Position numbers and translations under genes: made by a program. DNA of 62,773 nucleotides, the filler included, from Choristocarpus tenellus KU-1152 (Eukaryota > Protista > Phaeophyceae): the NCBI GenBank assembly GCA_964200185.2. It is 12 parts of 12 records of this genome, joined end to end, with 100 filler letters (N's around TTAATTAATTAA, not from the genome) between each part and the next. Parts side by side here need not be neighbours in the genome. Positions count along the whole stretch, not along the records: positions 32,530 to 43,327 come from CAXNAD020002707.1; positions 43,428 to 52,796 come from CAXNAD020003736.1; 10 more parts are not named here. One strand, given 5' to 3'. Positions within the stretch are counted from its first letter, which is position 1, and each line of letters begins with the position of its first letter. Below are positions 33,402 to 46,159 of the stretch, in pieces. The notes beneath the pieces were generated by a model. The model saw only the letters and a list, made by a program, of their open reading frames with translations, made no database searches and was not told the DNA's origin.

Positions 33402-33949
33402 AGTACACATACATTGTAAGAAGGGTGATCCCACGTAGCTACAGTAGTAGTGACATCTTAGGTGACAAACACATATTCAGAAATTCCGTTGAACACTGCA
33501 GCTTCCTCCTTTGACAGTTGAGATAAACTTTGACAGTCACAGGCGTGCCCAGGCAGATTATTGATGCATAAGTCCTACTATAATTCATATCTCATTCGCC
33601 CTCATGGCTGCTTTTCTGGAATAATCCCTCTCTAGTAGGACTGTGAATTGCTTGGTAAGGATTGGAAGTGAGTTGGTAGGGATCCTCTAGCACTACTCCC
33701 ACTGACAGTCGTCTAGAACAACCCTACTTTCAGAAGTCCAAACTTCTCGATCTTACCAGATCCTTCCTGATGGCGAGTCTAGAAAAAACTAGACTGTTTT
33801 CAAAATGTTCTCGATAACGCTTACACCATCACTTCTGAAAAGTAACGGTTTCATGTGAAACTCATACCTCATTTCACCACGTATGTGGTAGTTCCATTTT
33901 CTTCAACAATACAAATCCACATGTTTCCTACTTGATACTAGTCCTACAA

Positions 33950-34700
33950 GTCAGTGGAGCACTAATGATACGAACAAGACAAAGATCTCCGATATGGCAA
34001 AGATCATAACAGCAAGATAAAGGGGGATGGAATCTATCGCGTATAAAATGTGTAGATGAAATAAGTGGCTAGCTTCGAGGTTTTTCCATGTGGGTATAGC
34101 CGACGATACTTCACAACCCCAGGTTAGGATATATAAGTCAGTGCGCCATACATCAGTTGAAAAGTAAAATGTTGTCATAATGACCATTTGACTGGAGTGG
34201 GGTTAAATGTGTTGCGTCTTTGAGAGGTTGTAGGATCGCTCATCACATAACCACTTCTTCTTTGGGTCAATCATTCTGATATAATAGTTTCTCCTTGATC
34301 ATGGCAGTTGAGGGAAGGGTGAGCGTACTGGACAAATGTGCTTGACTATGCAAGCGAGGTCAACATCAACATAGCAAGGTATAATAATGAGGAAGTCGAC
34401 TACAAAGTTGAGGTGTTGGGTGTGACACATGGCCTCAAAACCAAAACTAGGTCAGGAGTTTGAATACCTTTCATAGGGGTGCTAGCAGTCGCTTCAAGGT
34501 GAGGGCTACACGACTTGCAAATAAGGAGGTGGCCTGGATATATCTTGCCAGTCCACGATGATCTCATGATACATCGGTACAATTCTCACAGCAATCTTGT
34601 GGCCTGGGTGTGGACTATAAGAAAGAAGAGGAAGAAAGAAACCCAACTTAGGTCCAATGCCATGAAACGCTGCTAAAGTGTAGGAAAGAGCACACGAGGA
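33950..34700 (-). pseudogene. Decayed Ty3/Gypsy integrase remnant
   Basis: Fragments HPGH...SWTG...ICKSC...TPMK.IQTP (H2C2 zinc-binding-like) and TPLQSNG (rve-like), with frameshifts. Confidence 0.35.
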
Positions 34701-35342
34701 AAGGCGAGTATAGTTGTGCGTTATTGTCCAAGAATATGAGTAGGGAAGAGAAGGAAATATACCTTGGCAGGTGGATGGTCTTGGACTTGGAGTCAAGTCA
34801 AACATTGGAATTTGAATACTTTCGGAAGGTGGTGAAGCCCTTTAGACGTAGGCTGGAAACGAAATTTCCAAGCTAGATGGCAATGAAGGAAATGCTCAAG
34901 ATGAAGACAAACTATTTCTGTAAACTGTTGTTGAGGGAGATACTACCTGCTGGCCAGGAGGCATCAACGACTACCAGCAAATGGACATTGAGGGTGGGAG
35001 AGCTATAAATAAGTGTGACTGCTGATTGGGTCAATGAAGAGACCTGAAACCTGCTTGTCTGGCGATTAGAGACGGAGTGACTGGATCCCAAACTGGCGGA
35101 AGGTGCAGTTGCTTGTTGCTTTACACTTTTTCCCTTCCTCGTAAACCTTCCTTAGTGTGGAATGGAAACCAGAGAGGGAGAAGATCTGTTGGTCGTTACT
35201 TTCAAAATCAAACCAGTATAAAACTCCTATATTTTTTCTTCTTATGTTATGTTATTAATACTAATAGTTGGAATACCAAATATCTATCGTGGACGATTTG
35301 ATATATATATATGGCGTTCAAGAATCGTTAATATATATTATA

Positions 35343-35480
35343 TATTATCATGCCCTCGGACATTTTGCAGATGTGTCAGCGAGGAAACCAATAAAAATTA
35401 TATGTATGTATATAAAATGTCCTAAACATAAGAATACTATAAAACACTGCGTGGAAACCCCTAATCAGTTACTTCACCAC
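35343..35480 (-). repeat. LINE 3' end
   Basis: attatcatgccctcggacattttgcagatgtgtcagcgagg plus A-rich UTR. Confidence 0.7.
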
Positions 35481-36245
35481 TATCAAATATATATATCCTA
35501 TCAAATAATTTGATATTAGGATTTGATAACCATCACTAACTATCAACGATCTTTTTAAGACTTGAGTCTTTGGAACTATGCTAGTACTACTACTACTGTA
35601 CAAACTATATACCTCTACAGATATTCGAGGTAACATTCGCGAATGACACATGATCAAGAACTGAAAACTGAATAGCATCTGTTGTTTATCAACCTCGATG
35701 TTTATTCAATCCTATTTTTGTGGTATGAAGTGCTGCCTTCCCCCATATCCCCTACACTCTGTGACCTGTGTGTACTCTCAACCCATCGCCCTTTACTGTT
35801 AGAACATAATTTTTGTTTTATCTCACATTGTATAGTACATTATGTTTAGGTAATACGTAAGTATGAGAAAACTTTGTGTCCACCCACCCCCCCTTCAACC
35901 CAATCGCTATTTCCTTTACGGAACAGAAATGTTTTTGAGTCGTTGGATGTGAACATTTTTTTTTTTTTTTTGTTGATGTGAAGATCATAAAGAAGTTGCT
36001 TCAACCAAAGAACAACGCTCTAGTTCGTTGAGAGTCGATGCGAAGACCATAAGAAATTTGCTTCAACCAAAGAACGTTATAATTCGACAAAGACAATAAT
36101 CTGGTAAAAGATGAAGGGTTTCACAACAACAACTGCCCAACACTGCCACAACCTTCTTTGTTGTTAGAGTGTGCCCTATACTGCCATTGTACGGTTGGTG
36201 TACTCTGATTATCCTCACTCTATTTCATCATTTCCCAGCCAGAAC

Positions 36246-39200
36246 ATGCATATTGACGACGTCTATGCCTCCTCTGTAGCCACACTCTTCGCCATCCTCC
36301 TATTTTCCAAAGTTGTCCAATCTACGACCTTTTCAAGCTCTTCTGGCGGAACAGGTGAGGGGTGTCCAAGTTGGAGGCATCATATTTGGAAGACACACGA
36401 CATTGAGCCAAGTTCGGCAGAATGGAAGTCGACCACGGTGTTCCGGAACCGTGGTCGATGCGTATCCTGGAGATAATTTTGTATTTTGGAATTACTATAT
36501 TCTTCTCATGCTCGTCACATAGTTGGATATATCTTGAAGTTGTGTAAGGTAATCCTGATAATCGTTCTACTGAAGGAGAAACATAGGCAGAAGAGACACC
36601 TTTAGAGCTATACTTGCTCCATCAGTGCTCGAATTGCCGTTGCTTGGCACATTGCCTACCATCAGTTTTAGACACGATTTACCCATCTTTCCACATCATA
36701 GAGATGATCTTCCCACGCCCACGCCCGAAGTCTTGCTGTGGTTTCCACAGAAAGTCCTTACGTGTATTTGAATATTCTGTTCATGATTTTGAAGGATTTT
36801 CCTGTACCTCAAACATCTTGTGGGCCTCAAGTGAATGCCTTTCCCTTTCCATTTCATAGACGACTACTGCCAGGTCGTAAGTGTCGATGACGCTGCAGTG
36901 GGCGGTGTGTACGAGATCGTGGAAAACAATCTCTTCAATGGGTCCCCACAGTATGTTCAAACTAACGGCGAATCAATCATTCTCTGGACGGAGTCCACAT
37001 CGCGACGCTACTTGTGGGGTCTTCAAGATGAGGGTGTGTATTTTGTGTTGTGGTGCGCTGTGCTTGCGGGAACAAAGCGTGCAGAGAATGGAGGCCCGAC
37101 AACTTTTACCTTGAGGTGTGACAAGGGATGCTGCATACATGGATCTCCGCCAACCAACCTTTTAACGGACTGTTAAATTCCATTATATATTATATATTTG
37201 TCGAGTCTAGTGAACCTCGACGATCAAGGAGATGAGAATCGTTTCAACAAAGAACCGGTCTACCTATGATAATAAATTACTGATATCTTGTTACAAATCC
37301 AAACTGCCTCCCCTCAGAAAATCTCTTGCCCAGTGGGTCGAAGTTTGGAGGCCATCTCGGACCGTTTAATGCGCTGGATACCTGCAATGACGGTTTATGG
37401 GGAATTTATGCTTTCGCGGATGGAATAGCTTCTGCACCAGCACGGTTGGTGAGTCTTATGCAGGGTACAGCAGATCTCAGAGTGGTGGTGAGGCTTGTAA
37501 GGATCAGTACTAGGGCTTGTTAGTGTCGAGCATTGAAAGATCAAAGAGTAGTAACAGCCTCCAAGAGCTCTATTGAGGAGGAGTGCGAGAGATTATGCTC
37601 GGAGCATACTTTGCGCATGCACTTCCTGACCTCAGTCTGGCAGATTGTTGTTGAAGGTTTTGCTCGAAATGATATTTGGCAACGTGTTGCAAGTGATTTC
37701 CTGACTTGGTGATCTCCTTGTTCTGAATACACCTGTATGAATTTGCCCAGATTTGGAGCAACAAGATGACATGGTACTGCCTACGAAGGAGGCACCGTTT
37801 TATATCTTCTTCACTGAGAATTCTAGTCTTGTCGCAGTTTAAATTGCACGCTAGGGACAACTTCCTTTGTACAGTGCAGTACTAACAATCTTCCCATTGT
37901 GGTCTTGTCTGAATCTGCAAGATCCTTGCTCTCCTGTACACCTAATCCATCCCTCCCGTTTTATCAATCTATTCCAGGTAGTGGACTGTGGTACTGATCC
38001 CACCCTCATATCATCTTCAGCCACTTGGTTTCTCTGCGAGTTAGATGATTGCTCTGACATAGCTCCAACCACCTCTCCGGTGCTTGGGTGCACGACTTCT
38101 ACCACCACCACAACTGCTCCTGCTTCTGTTCCCATACCTGCGCCTGCACCATTGGTGGAACCCACAACATCAGAGACAGGTAGGAAAAGAAATTTTGTGC
38201 CCCGGAGTAGAATATAATTCATAATAGTGTAAGCCCCCTTCTTCACCTGTGACCTTGCCAGGAACTGAAAGACATATGTCATGAAAGGTATGGAGTTATT
38301 ACAAGCTGTATCTCGTCGAGGATACCAGGTTTGGCACTGCACAGTTCATGTTGCCTGAGCAGGATTTTCACACGCTCACACCTTACCTCTTTCCATGATT
38401 TTGAGCAAGTGGCTCAAAGTATCAGGGGGGGGTGGGGGTGACTGCCCATTTGGGGCCCATTTTTCCATTTCGTGATTTTTGGTTGAATTTTGTTGCATGA
38501 GTCGGATGGACAATGTAAGTGCACATCTCCTGGTTAGGGTCCGAATGGACACCCTGGTGTACACCCCTCCCCCCCCCAGATACTTTGAGCCAGTTTAGCT
38601 CTATTTCATGTGCTCGGAAGCTGTATCCTCACCTTGAAATCGTGTAATGAAATATGGGCTTTACTCTTGCAGGAATCTGCTTCTTTTTTTCCGTGGCAAA
38701 TTGTATCTTAAGTCACAACCTACAACTGGCTAACACTTCTGGCTATGTCTTGTTCGACATAAACAATTCACATATAACTGCCCCTGTTTCTATTCCATGG
38801 TTGCTCCTTGGTTTCAATACTCTCTCTGATGAAGTTCTATAGCTAGCTCACGAAACAGAAGGGTAGCTTCCCCCTCCACATATATATTTTTTCTGCTCCT
38901 CATTCTCTTCAATTATGGTATATTATCTGCACTAATATCTCAGGAATAATGTTTGCTGTAACCCTACTGAGAGACACTGTAGCAGGATTTATTTCATGTT
39001 ATTCTTGTGTGTCTTACCATCGAGCTCCTCTTCTTTGGTATGAACATAATTTAATAACATAACCTCCACGTATGCATGTTGTTCTTGTGTTACTTACAAT
39101 CGAGCTTTTCCTCTTCTTTGGTACGAACAAAATTTTACAACATACCTTCCAGTTATGTATGCTGAACCATGATCTCAAAATCGATACATTACCTGTAGTC

Positions 39201-41332
39201 AACACTCTCACACAACCACTCCCCCCATGCCTCCATCAATATCTCTCGTTGAACAGATGATATTGACGATGATCCGATGGACATATCTAGTGTCAGTACT
39301 GAAGCTTATGGCGGATGCGAAAGTCTCACGATTGGAAGCTCATTGTTTGGAGGTGGATATAAGATTGACGGTGGGATTGAGTTTGAAGGTCCGTTCAATG
39401 ATGACCTCAGACCCAAATGGGTGCAAGACGACAGGGAATACATATTGCTGTACTTAGACTTCACTACTGACCGACGACTGGACACTCTCTCGGACAAAGG
39501 TGAGTGGGCGACCTTCTTCCCTGTCGTTTCTCTTGTTTTCTGTTTTTTGCAATAAATAGTAACTCCCTGTTGCCCCTCCTACCTGTTAGGGACACATTAG
39601 TAATCGTCCAATTCTCCATCATTGCCAGAGTGGTGAGATAATATTTTCCATTTTGCAGCTATTCTTGCATGCCGTATCTAGGGCTGTTCATGGCCACTAC
39701 TCTAACCTGATACTTTAGCAGTGATAGTTTTTTTTAATTTATGTAATTGTCTTGAATTGCCAACAAACTGCCTGTCAATACGAACATTCGTTATTTTTCT
39801 AGGACCCTGCTCTGAACCTCTTGCATCGTCTTGATATCATTGTGCCGCCCTACTTGACAGGCATACCAATTCATCAGAACGTCACAAACTTTGCCTCTGC
39901 TGGGAAGTCTGGAGCACGCACACTAACAGACTGTGCTTACGGGATTTGGGTTGTAGGCGCATATAACGATGACCTTTTCCCTCGGTATTATGTAAGTTTT
40001 GCCGTTATCAGTTGTCGGTGTTTCCATCCATACCTATGTACCACTGTTGTAATGGAGTGATGCATAATTTTACTATTTCATCGAGTAGTTTATCCACATC
40101 ACATCATTTGTGATGGGGACTGGTGCAAACAGGGTTGTACATAAACAATTTACGACTATAACTGTAATGATGGCGTGCTCCACTGCACCACCTAGGAAAC
40201 TGAGTCGTTACCTTAATAATTTTTTCTTGCAGAGTATGTTTCTTCTTTTGGACTGGTAGAGAGTTCACTTTTGAACAAGAAATATATTGGCAAACCCTTT
40301 GCAGTTTCCATGTTCCTGAATGCATATGCTATGGGATTGTATATTTTCCCTTCATACCTATCAGCCTTTTCTATTATCTTAACGTCGATGATGCAGGTGT
40401 TTGACTGTGCCAATGACCCAACAGAAATCGATTCAGCAAAAACATGGTACACATGCGAAGAGGAGGATTGCGCAACGTCTATTGGTGCTATCTCCACTCC
40501 ATCTATTGTGTGTTCACCTGATGAAGGTACTAATAGGGTATTGTTGTTGGCAATGTATCAAGTCTGGTGCTGTGCGAAGATAAAACTTTTGTCTGGTCCT
40601 CTTTATTTCCGGCACTGCAGGCTCTTCAGGAACACCAGTAGGTCTCATCGCGGGTGTTGCTGGCGGAGGTTTGGCAGGTGTTTTCGCAATTGGGCTCGTA
40701 GTGTTCTGCCTTGTCTGGAGGAAGAACACTGGCAAGTATGGACTGCAGTTAGCCTCATAGTACTCGTCCTTTTGTCTTGTGGACCGATGCCATGCCTGCG
40801 ACATTGGACTAAATGAAGTACATGGTGTGTGTTTGTACATTGTAGAGGTTAATGTGTTCTTGGAATACGAATAGTGCGTTTTTTGTATCCTTTGTGCTTA
40901 ATCCAAATGATGGGGGAGGCGGGAGGAAGTCAGAGGCTAGATATACACACCAAATGACTAGAAATTTTACAGGGAGGTACAGGGAGGTTTTGAACGATTG
41001 CTCCACCTCCGTTGCTTCAACAATGTGATACATCCTTCATCTCACCGGCCCCTGAGAACATGCAGACATATATATATATATATAACCCAAGTGTAGATTT
41101 GTGAGAGCCAGCACCGCTCACCTGTAATAATTATGAGCCATCTCGTATACTCCAGAAAATATGTTGCTCACACACCCTTCTCCTCTCTGAAACCCCCTTT
41201 CCAGGTCCGAATCATGCAACCGTAGCGGGGATTATTGATTCAAGTGGGGAATCTGTGCCTCTTCCAAAATTTCCACCTCGGCACAATAGTCCCGAGGAGT
41301 TGCCTCCTGACTACTCGTCTTTGCATCGGTAA
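36246..41332 (+). CDS. Complete type I membrane protein, 452 aa, with two copies of an unrecognised 6-Cys ectodomain (exons 36246-36354, 36860-37033, 37318-37448, 37978-38179, 39257-39499, 39861-39991, 40397-40526, 40621-40731, 41205-41332)
   Basis: Nine exons sum to 1359 nt with no internal stop. Signal peptide, internal repeat (DCGTDPTLISSSATWFLCELDDC vs DCANDPTEIDSAKTWYTCEEEDC), Thr/Pro linker, TM GLIAGVAGGGLAGVFAIGLVVFCLVW-RK, and a tail ending LPPDYSSLHR*. The last intron needs a GC donor. Confidence 0.85.
38411..38591 (-). mobile_element. MITE family A, full length (181 bp)
   Basis: GGCTCAAAGTATC...GATACTTTGAGCC with AGT/AGT duplication, intronic. Confidence 0.9.
38995..39155. repeat. 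Imperfect tandem duplication, about 80-bp unit x2 (intronic)
   Basis: catgtt.ttcttgtgt..cttac.atcgagct..cctcttctttggta.gaaca repeated. Confidence 0.8.
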
Positions 41333-43276
41333 CATATATTGAATGAGAACCAGATGCACTCTTGGGGGCTGTTATACAAAGAAATGTGTGAATCGATGTA
41401 TGTGGTTGCAATATGTACTACTGTGCTTCGAAGTTAGTAAATTAAATTTATTGATTTCATCCCACCTTTGTTTGGTACATGATGGTACAATCGTACCTGA
41501 ACACTTAATAGATACTGTCATGGAGAAAGAAACAGCATACAACATGTTCTGACCCATCATGGTCAGAAAAATAATGCAAAAAGAGACAAGAAAAAAACTC
41601 GACTTGAATGACATGAAGGAGTGCTGTAAAAATACATTTCTACAACACAGAAAAATACACACACAATAACAAAAATGATATTACTTCGTCATTCTAAAAG
41701 TGCTGTGCTCGGCAGTATATTGTGCGACTCTTGAGAGCACAACATAGTTGTACAATAACCAGAATGCATTGTGCTTTTTTCCCATGATACATAGCACTAT
41801 GGTATTGTAGTATTATCCGATCATTGGTTCATAATATGTATTTTAAGCACAGTCGCACTACTGTGAGCAAGGCTCTAGATCGATGATGCCCCACCATTGT
41901 GCCAATTATAACCACAGTCGTAGAAGTTCTCGAGAAAGATCCTTCGTTTGGATAATGGAACACCCATACCTTCCTCAATTATTATGATATTGGGTACAGG
42001 TTCATACGTATCTGGCAGGCGATCAACTATGATATATCTTGCTCTTGTGTTGAACCTGCTCTGACGACAGTCTGCCGATTTTAGGGTGATGTGGGTCGAA
42101 GGCTGTGTACTACAAAAAGAGCAAGTTAGGTTGGTCTATGGTTTTCTCATGCTCGCTCTGTTTGTGGCGCCCATCATATTTCAACCTGGGTGTGTGTCCG
42201 AGAGTCTGAGTGTGTACTTTCATGGCAGTATAATGAGTCGAACCGACGATAGGTAGACAGGGCTGCATTTTGTGGATCCCGAGAAGGGGCAAAAGGATAT
42301 CATTCTTTTCAATTGCAAGAACAGCATTTGCTTAGTGTGGTGTCCCTTCATGAGTGGAAAGGGCGGACATCACTTTGGCGTACACTATTGTGCACATTAA
42401 GCAACGAATAGTGTATTGTACAGAGTAAGAAAGGTGGCTCATGATGTAAAAGGGTCCTGCCTACCTCTCATTTGGCTGACTCCGAGACTAATTGCACATA
42501 GAAGCAGAAACGTACTTGCATGTTATTGTGTTACTTTCAACATAGACTCGATCATAGGTGTTTTTCAATTTGATTTACATTTCGCATCAAAAACTATTGT
42601 TGATTACTTGAAATCTCGCCTGCTCTCTTTTTCAATTTTTGTTTGGTGTGTCCTACTAATGGTTTATTTTCTTGTCATTGGGGTCACCATTTTTTAACAC
42701 CGTTCAGAACATATACTTAGTGAGTAGGCGTAACAATCTATATAGGAAGCTAATTTCCTAGATACTCCGAAACAATGCAATTATTTTTGCAAGTCTGAAA
42801 GGTTGTCACGTTCGTTAACAGTCTCAGAAAGCATTTTTTTGGATCGATAATAACGATGTGTACATTCGCTAAAACCAATTTCCTTCTTGTACCAAGAATA
42901 TTATTCGAGGGATGGTGTCGTATTATAGACATAGGTATAACTATGTAGGAGGTTATGTTTGCCTAGCAGCTTAGATCAAATATAAATGATGCCATATGAT
43001 GGATGCAAAGCCTCTCCGTTTCGTCTCGACTTTGGATTATGATTGAAGGATTGCTAGCACTGAAATGTCCAATACAGGACCTACTCTTCACGAGGAACCC
43101 ATTGGTGACCACCTCCTATTCTGATTTGTCCTGGATGGCATCATTTTTGCGAGTGTATGCATCGTCACACTATCTTCTTGATTGGTGCTAATTGTCTACC
43201 TAACAGTAAAATGCAAGGAGCAGTAGAGATATACTTTTGCTGACATTATTTTTGTCTGAGCGGCCCAACACATCTT

Positions 43277-43327
43277 GACCCAAAATATCTGGGGGGGGGG
43301 GGGATCTGCACCAGGGTGTCCATTTGG
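43277..43327 (+). mobile_element. MITE family A, cut by contig end
   Basis: gacccaaaatatctggggg..caccagggtgtccatttgg. Confidence 0.8.
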
Positions 43328-43427
43328 NNNNNNNNNNNNNNNNNNNNNNNNNNNNNNNNNNNNNNNNNNNNTTAATTAATTAANNNNNNNNNNNNNNNNN
43401 NNNNNNNNNNNNNNNNNNNNNNNNNNN
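43328..43427. other. Artificial contig spacer
   Basis: N44-TTAATTAATTAA-N44. Confidence 0.99.
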
Positions 43428-43454
43428 CCCCCCCGCCTCCAGATACTTTGGGTC
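43428..43454. mobile_element. MITE terminus at contig start
   Basis: ccagatactttgggtc. Confidence 0.75.
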
Positions 43455-43769
43455 AAAGGGGTTCCCCTGTGCATTGTCGTCCTGGAAGTAGTAGTACGTG
43501 GTAGTATAATAGTTAATAATACGACAGAAATTAGTAGTGATTAGAAGTATTAATTCTAGCAGAATGTAGTGTGTTAAACATTGAGATACCACTGTTCCAT
43601 TGGTGCACAATTATCTGCCCTGGTGGAACCGTGGTATGTCATTGTTTGACATAGTGGTAGCAGAGGTATCAGTAGTGAAAGGAGGCATTAATAGTATAAA
43701 CAATTTAGTAGTAGTAGTGTGGGTGAGGTGTGTTTGGTAGTTGTTCTTTTTCGTTACTGCGCAGTAACG

Positions 43770-44020
43770 CAAGTATCTTAGAGGGTACGAGTTTTGCCCT
43801 GTTTGTCCGTTTGTGACTTGGCTTCCCACGGGTTTTTAATGACATTTTAGCTACCCGGAAACAGTTCGGAGTAGGTAAAATGTATACCTTATGTAGAGCG
43901 TGTCCGGAACAAGGATATTGAAACTTCCTAATAAACACGATAGCCAAAATTACATCAAAATCGCAACTTTGGATTTGCCCCCAAATTGACGCGGCGCTAC
44001 CCTCTAAGGTACTTTGACTT
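43770..44020 (+). mobile_element. MITE family B, near full length
   Basis: aagtatcttagagggtacgag...taccctctaaggtactttgac. Confidence 0.88.
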
Positions 44021-46159
44021 CACACGCACTTTAATGAACAGAAGAAAGAAACAACATTATGGACAAACGAACATGGAAAAATATCACAGAGAAATACAGC
44101 AAGCATTGACAAACCATCAGCGTCATCACACGCGAAAAACAATGGTGATGATGGTCAACAAGAAATACAGTTATAGTAGGACAGTCTGTGAGTATATTTT
44201 ACGTATACCCTCCCCCCAGGGTTCCTGCGAGTAGTAGAGGGCATGTATTATTTTCTGCTGCTGCTCCTCTTTGTATATTTATGGTATATATCCTTCTTCA
44301 CCCCTTGGACCTTCCTAGACTGTATAGATGCACACCACATCGAAAACACAACACACAATATACCAGAAGTTACTATCACTGCAGAACATGAGGTATAAGC
44401 CCTCGTAACATGTTTTTCGTACGAGTGGCCAAAGGAGGAAAAACACATCATATTGTGTACATTATATTTCGCGTAACGATCGACATGAGGGACATAGTAT
44501 TGGTCTCTCATGGTGTGCTGTACGATGGATAGAGGGCATGCATCTACTTTGCATTTGTTATTTCGTACAGATATGGAAATAATTTAGAACAGTATAGTAT
44601 GCATCTTCTACTTTGTACAGAAAACTTCAAGAATTCGAAGTGTAACAGCACCAAATACGACATTCCTTTCAGAGTGCCCCAATCAAGATACTGCAGTTGT
44701 GAGAATTCATCTGCAACTAACCGCTCTGCTTCTGTTGGCAAGTCAGGACCACAAACTCAAGTGAAGTTGAAGCCAGTTGATGTGGTGGGTTCACTGCTGA
44801 CGTTTCTTTCAAAAATACTCTTGGATAATAGAATATGCATTGTAATAAGGCAGAGCTCTGGGACATTTTTGTGGACACAAAAATCAGGTATAAGCACCGT
44901 CACATCTCTCTGAAGTTGGTGATGTGTCATAGGTCTCATTCTTTCCAACAGAAGAATGTAATTTTGGCCTCTTTGCGTAACAGCCAGCGAAGAATTTGTC
45001 AATTTGAAGGAGAATTCAGGTGGCAGAGGGAAAACACAAAGATGCCATGCAGAAGTTCAGCAACATCGCAAGTCAGATACACTACCTACTAGAAAAAATT
45101 ATCCAAAAGAGACGTAGGGTGCAATGCCTCATTTCTACAAAACCTATGTTCTTGTTTAAATGACTTGCGTGCATCAATTGCCTTTACCATCACCATGCCT
45201 AATCCTAAGGTTGCTTTCCCATAGGGAGGTACAGAACCCTATTCTGAAATTTTTTATCTCCTCTAATGTCTTTATGTAGACTAGACTACATGCTTGAGCA
45301 AGTTTAATCTCCCCTCTATATTGTTAGGTATGGTTTTCCAATTTTATTCAGTGATCCCAGTACATCACACACAAAGCTTGAAAGAAGACACTTGAGCAGA
45401 TGTATGCACAGGTTTCTGTGCACCTGTGGACACATTGAACCCTCCATCCCATACATACCCCCCCCAGCACCCAGAAGATTCAGTCTCATGTGCTTTTCTG
45501 TATAATTTTACCCTAAATAAAGTAAGTGCTCATAATAGTATTGAGTAAGAAGACATCAACATCAGTCTGACTATTTGAGAAATGAAAGAGGACTACATCA
45601 CATGAAGTCTTCCCCGAAAGCCCACCAACTATCACCTTCAAACAAGGATTACTTGATTTTGACCCCCCACCTTTCTCTCTATGAGCAGCGGTATTGCTTC
45701 ATCTTTCAATCCATTCGACACACAATACACACATTCCCCAACATCGTAAGTGAAGTTAATGTCATGGGAATGCCAAAGGTTTTGCTTCGCAATCTGTCCC
45801 CCACCCATCCAACAAAACCCACGCCGATTTCCTTCATAGGCCCAATACGCACAGGCAAAAGTCGACACAACTGGAGGAAATACAGACCCCATACAAACAC
45901 TTCACTAACCCAAAGGGGTGCTGGAGATGCTAAGGGTCATCCAGTGGCTGCAATCCTTCAACTCAATCAACTGCTCCACTATCAAGAAAAACTCCAAATC
46001 TCTGCCCAAGTTCCTACAACTCTGTTGGAAAACCATCTCTACTACTCTGGCTTCGCATGAAAAGCTGTTTTTCTACCGACAATCCTCTACACACCCACAT
46101 CCCCCACGCAAATAGGTAAAAAGAAACACAAGACCCTTCCCCCACTAAGCCTGACTGCT

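Noticed and set aside
43277-43454. A single MITE spanning the spacer, which would order the two contigs
   Set aside because: The flanks (TCTT vs AAAG) show no target duplication, so these are probably different insertions.
44544-46060. Exon-like blocks on both strands
   Set aside because: No consistent strand, phase chain or recognisable family.
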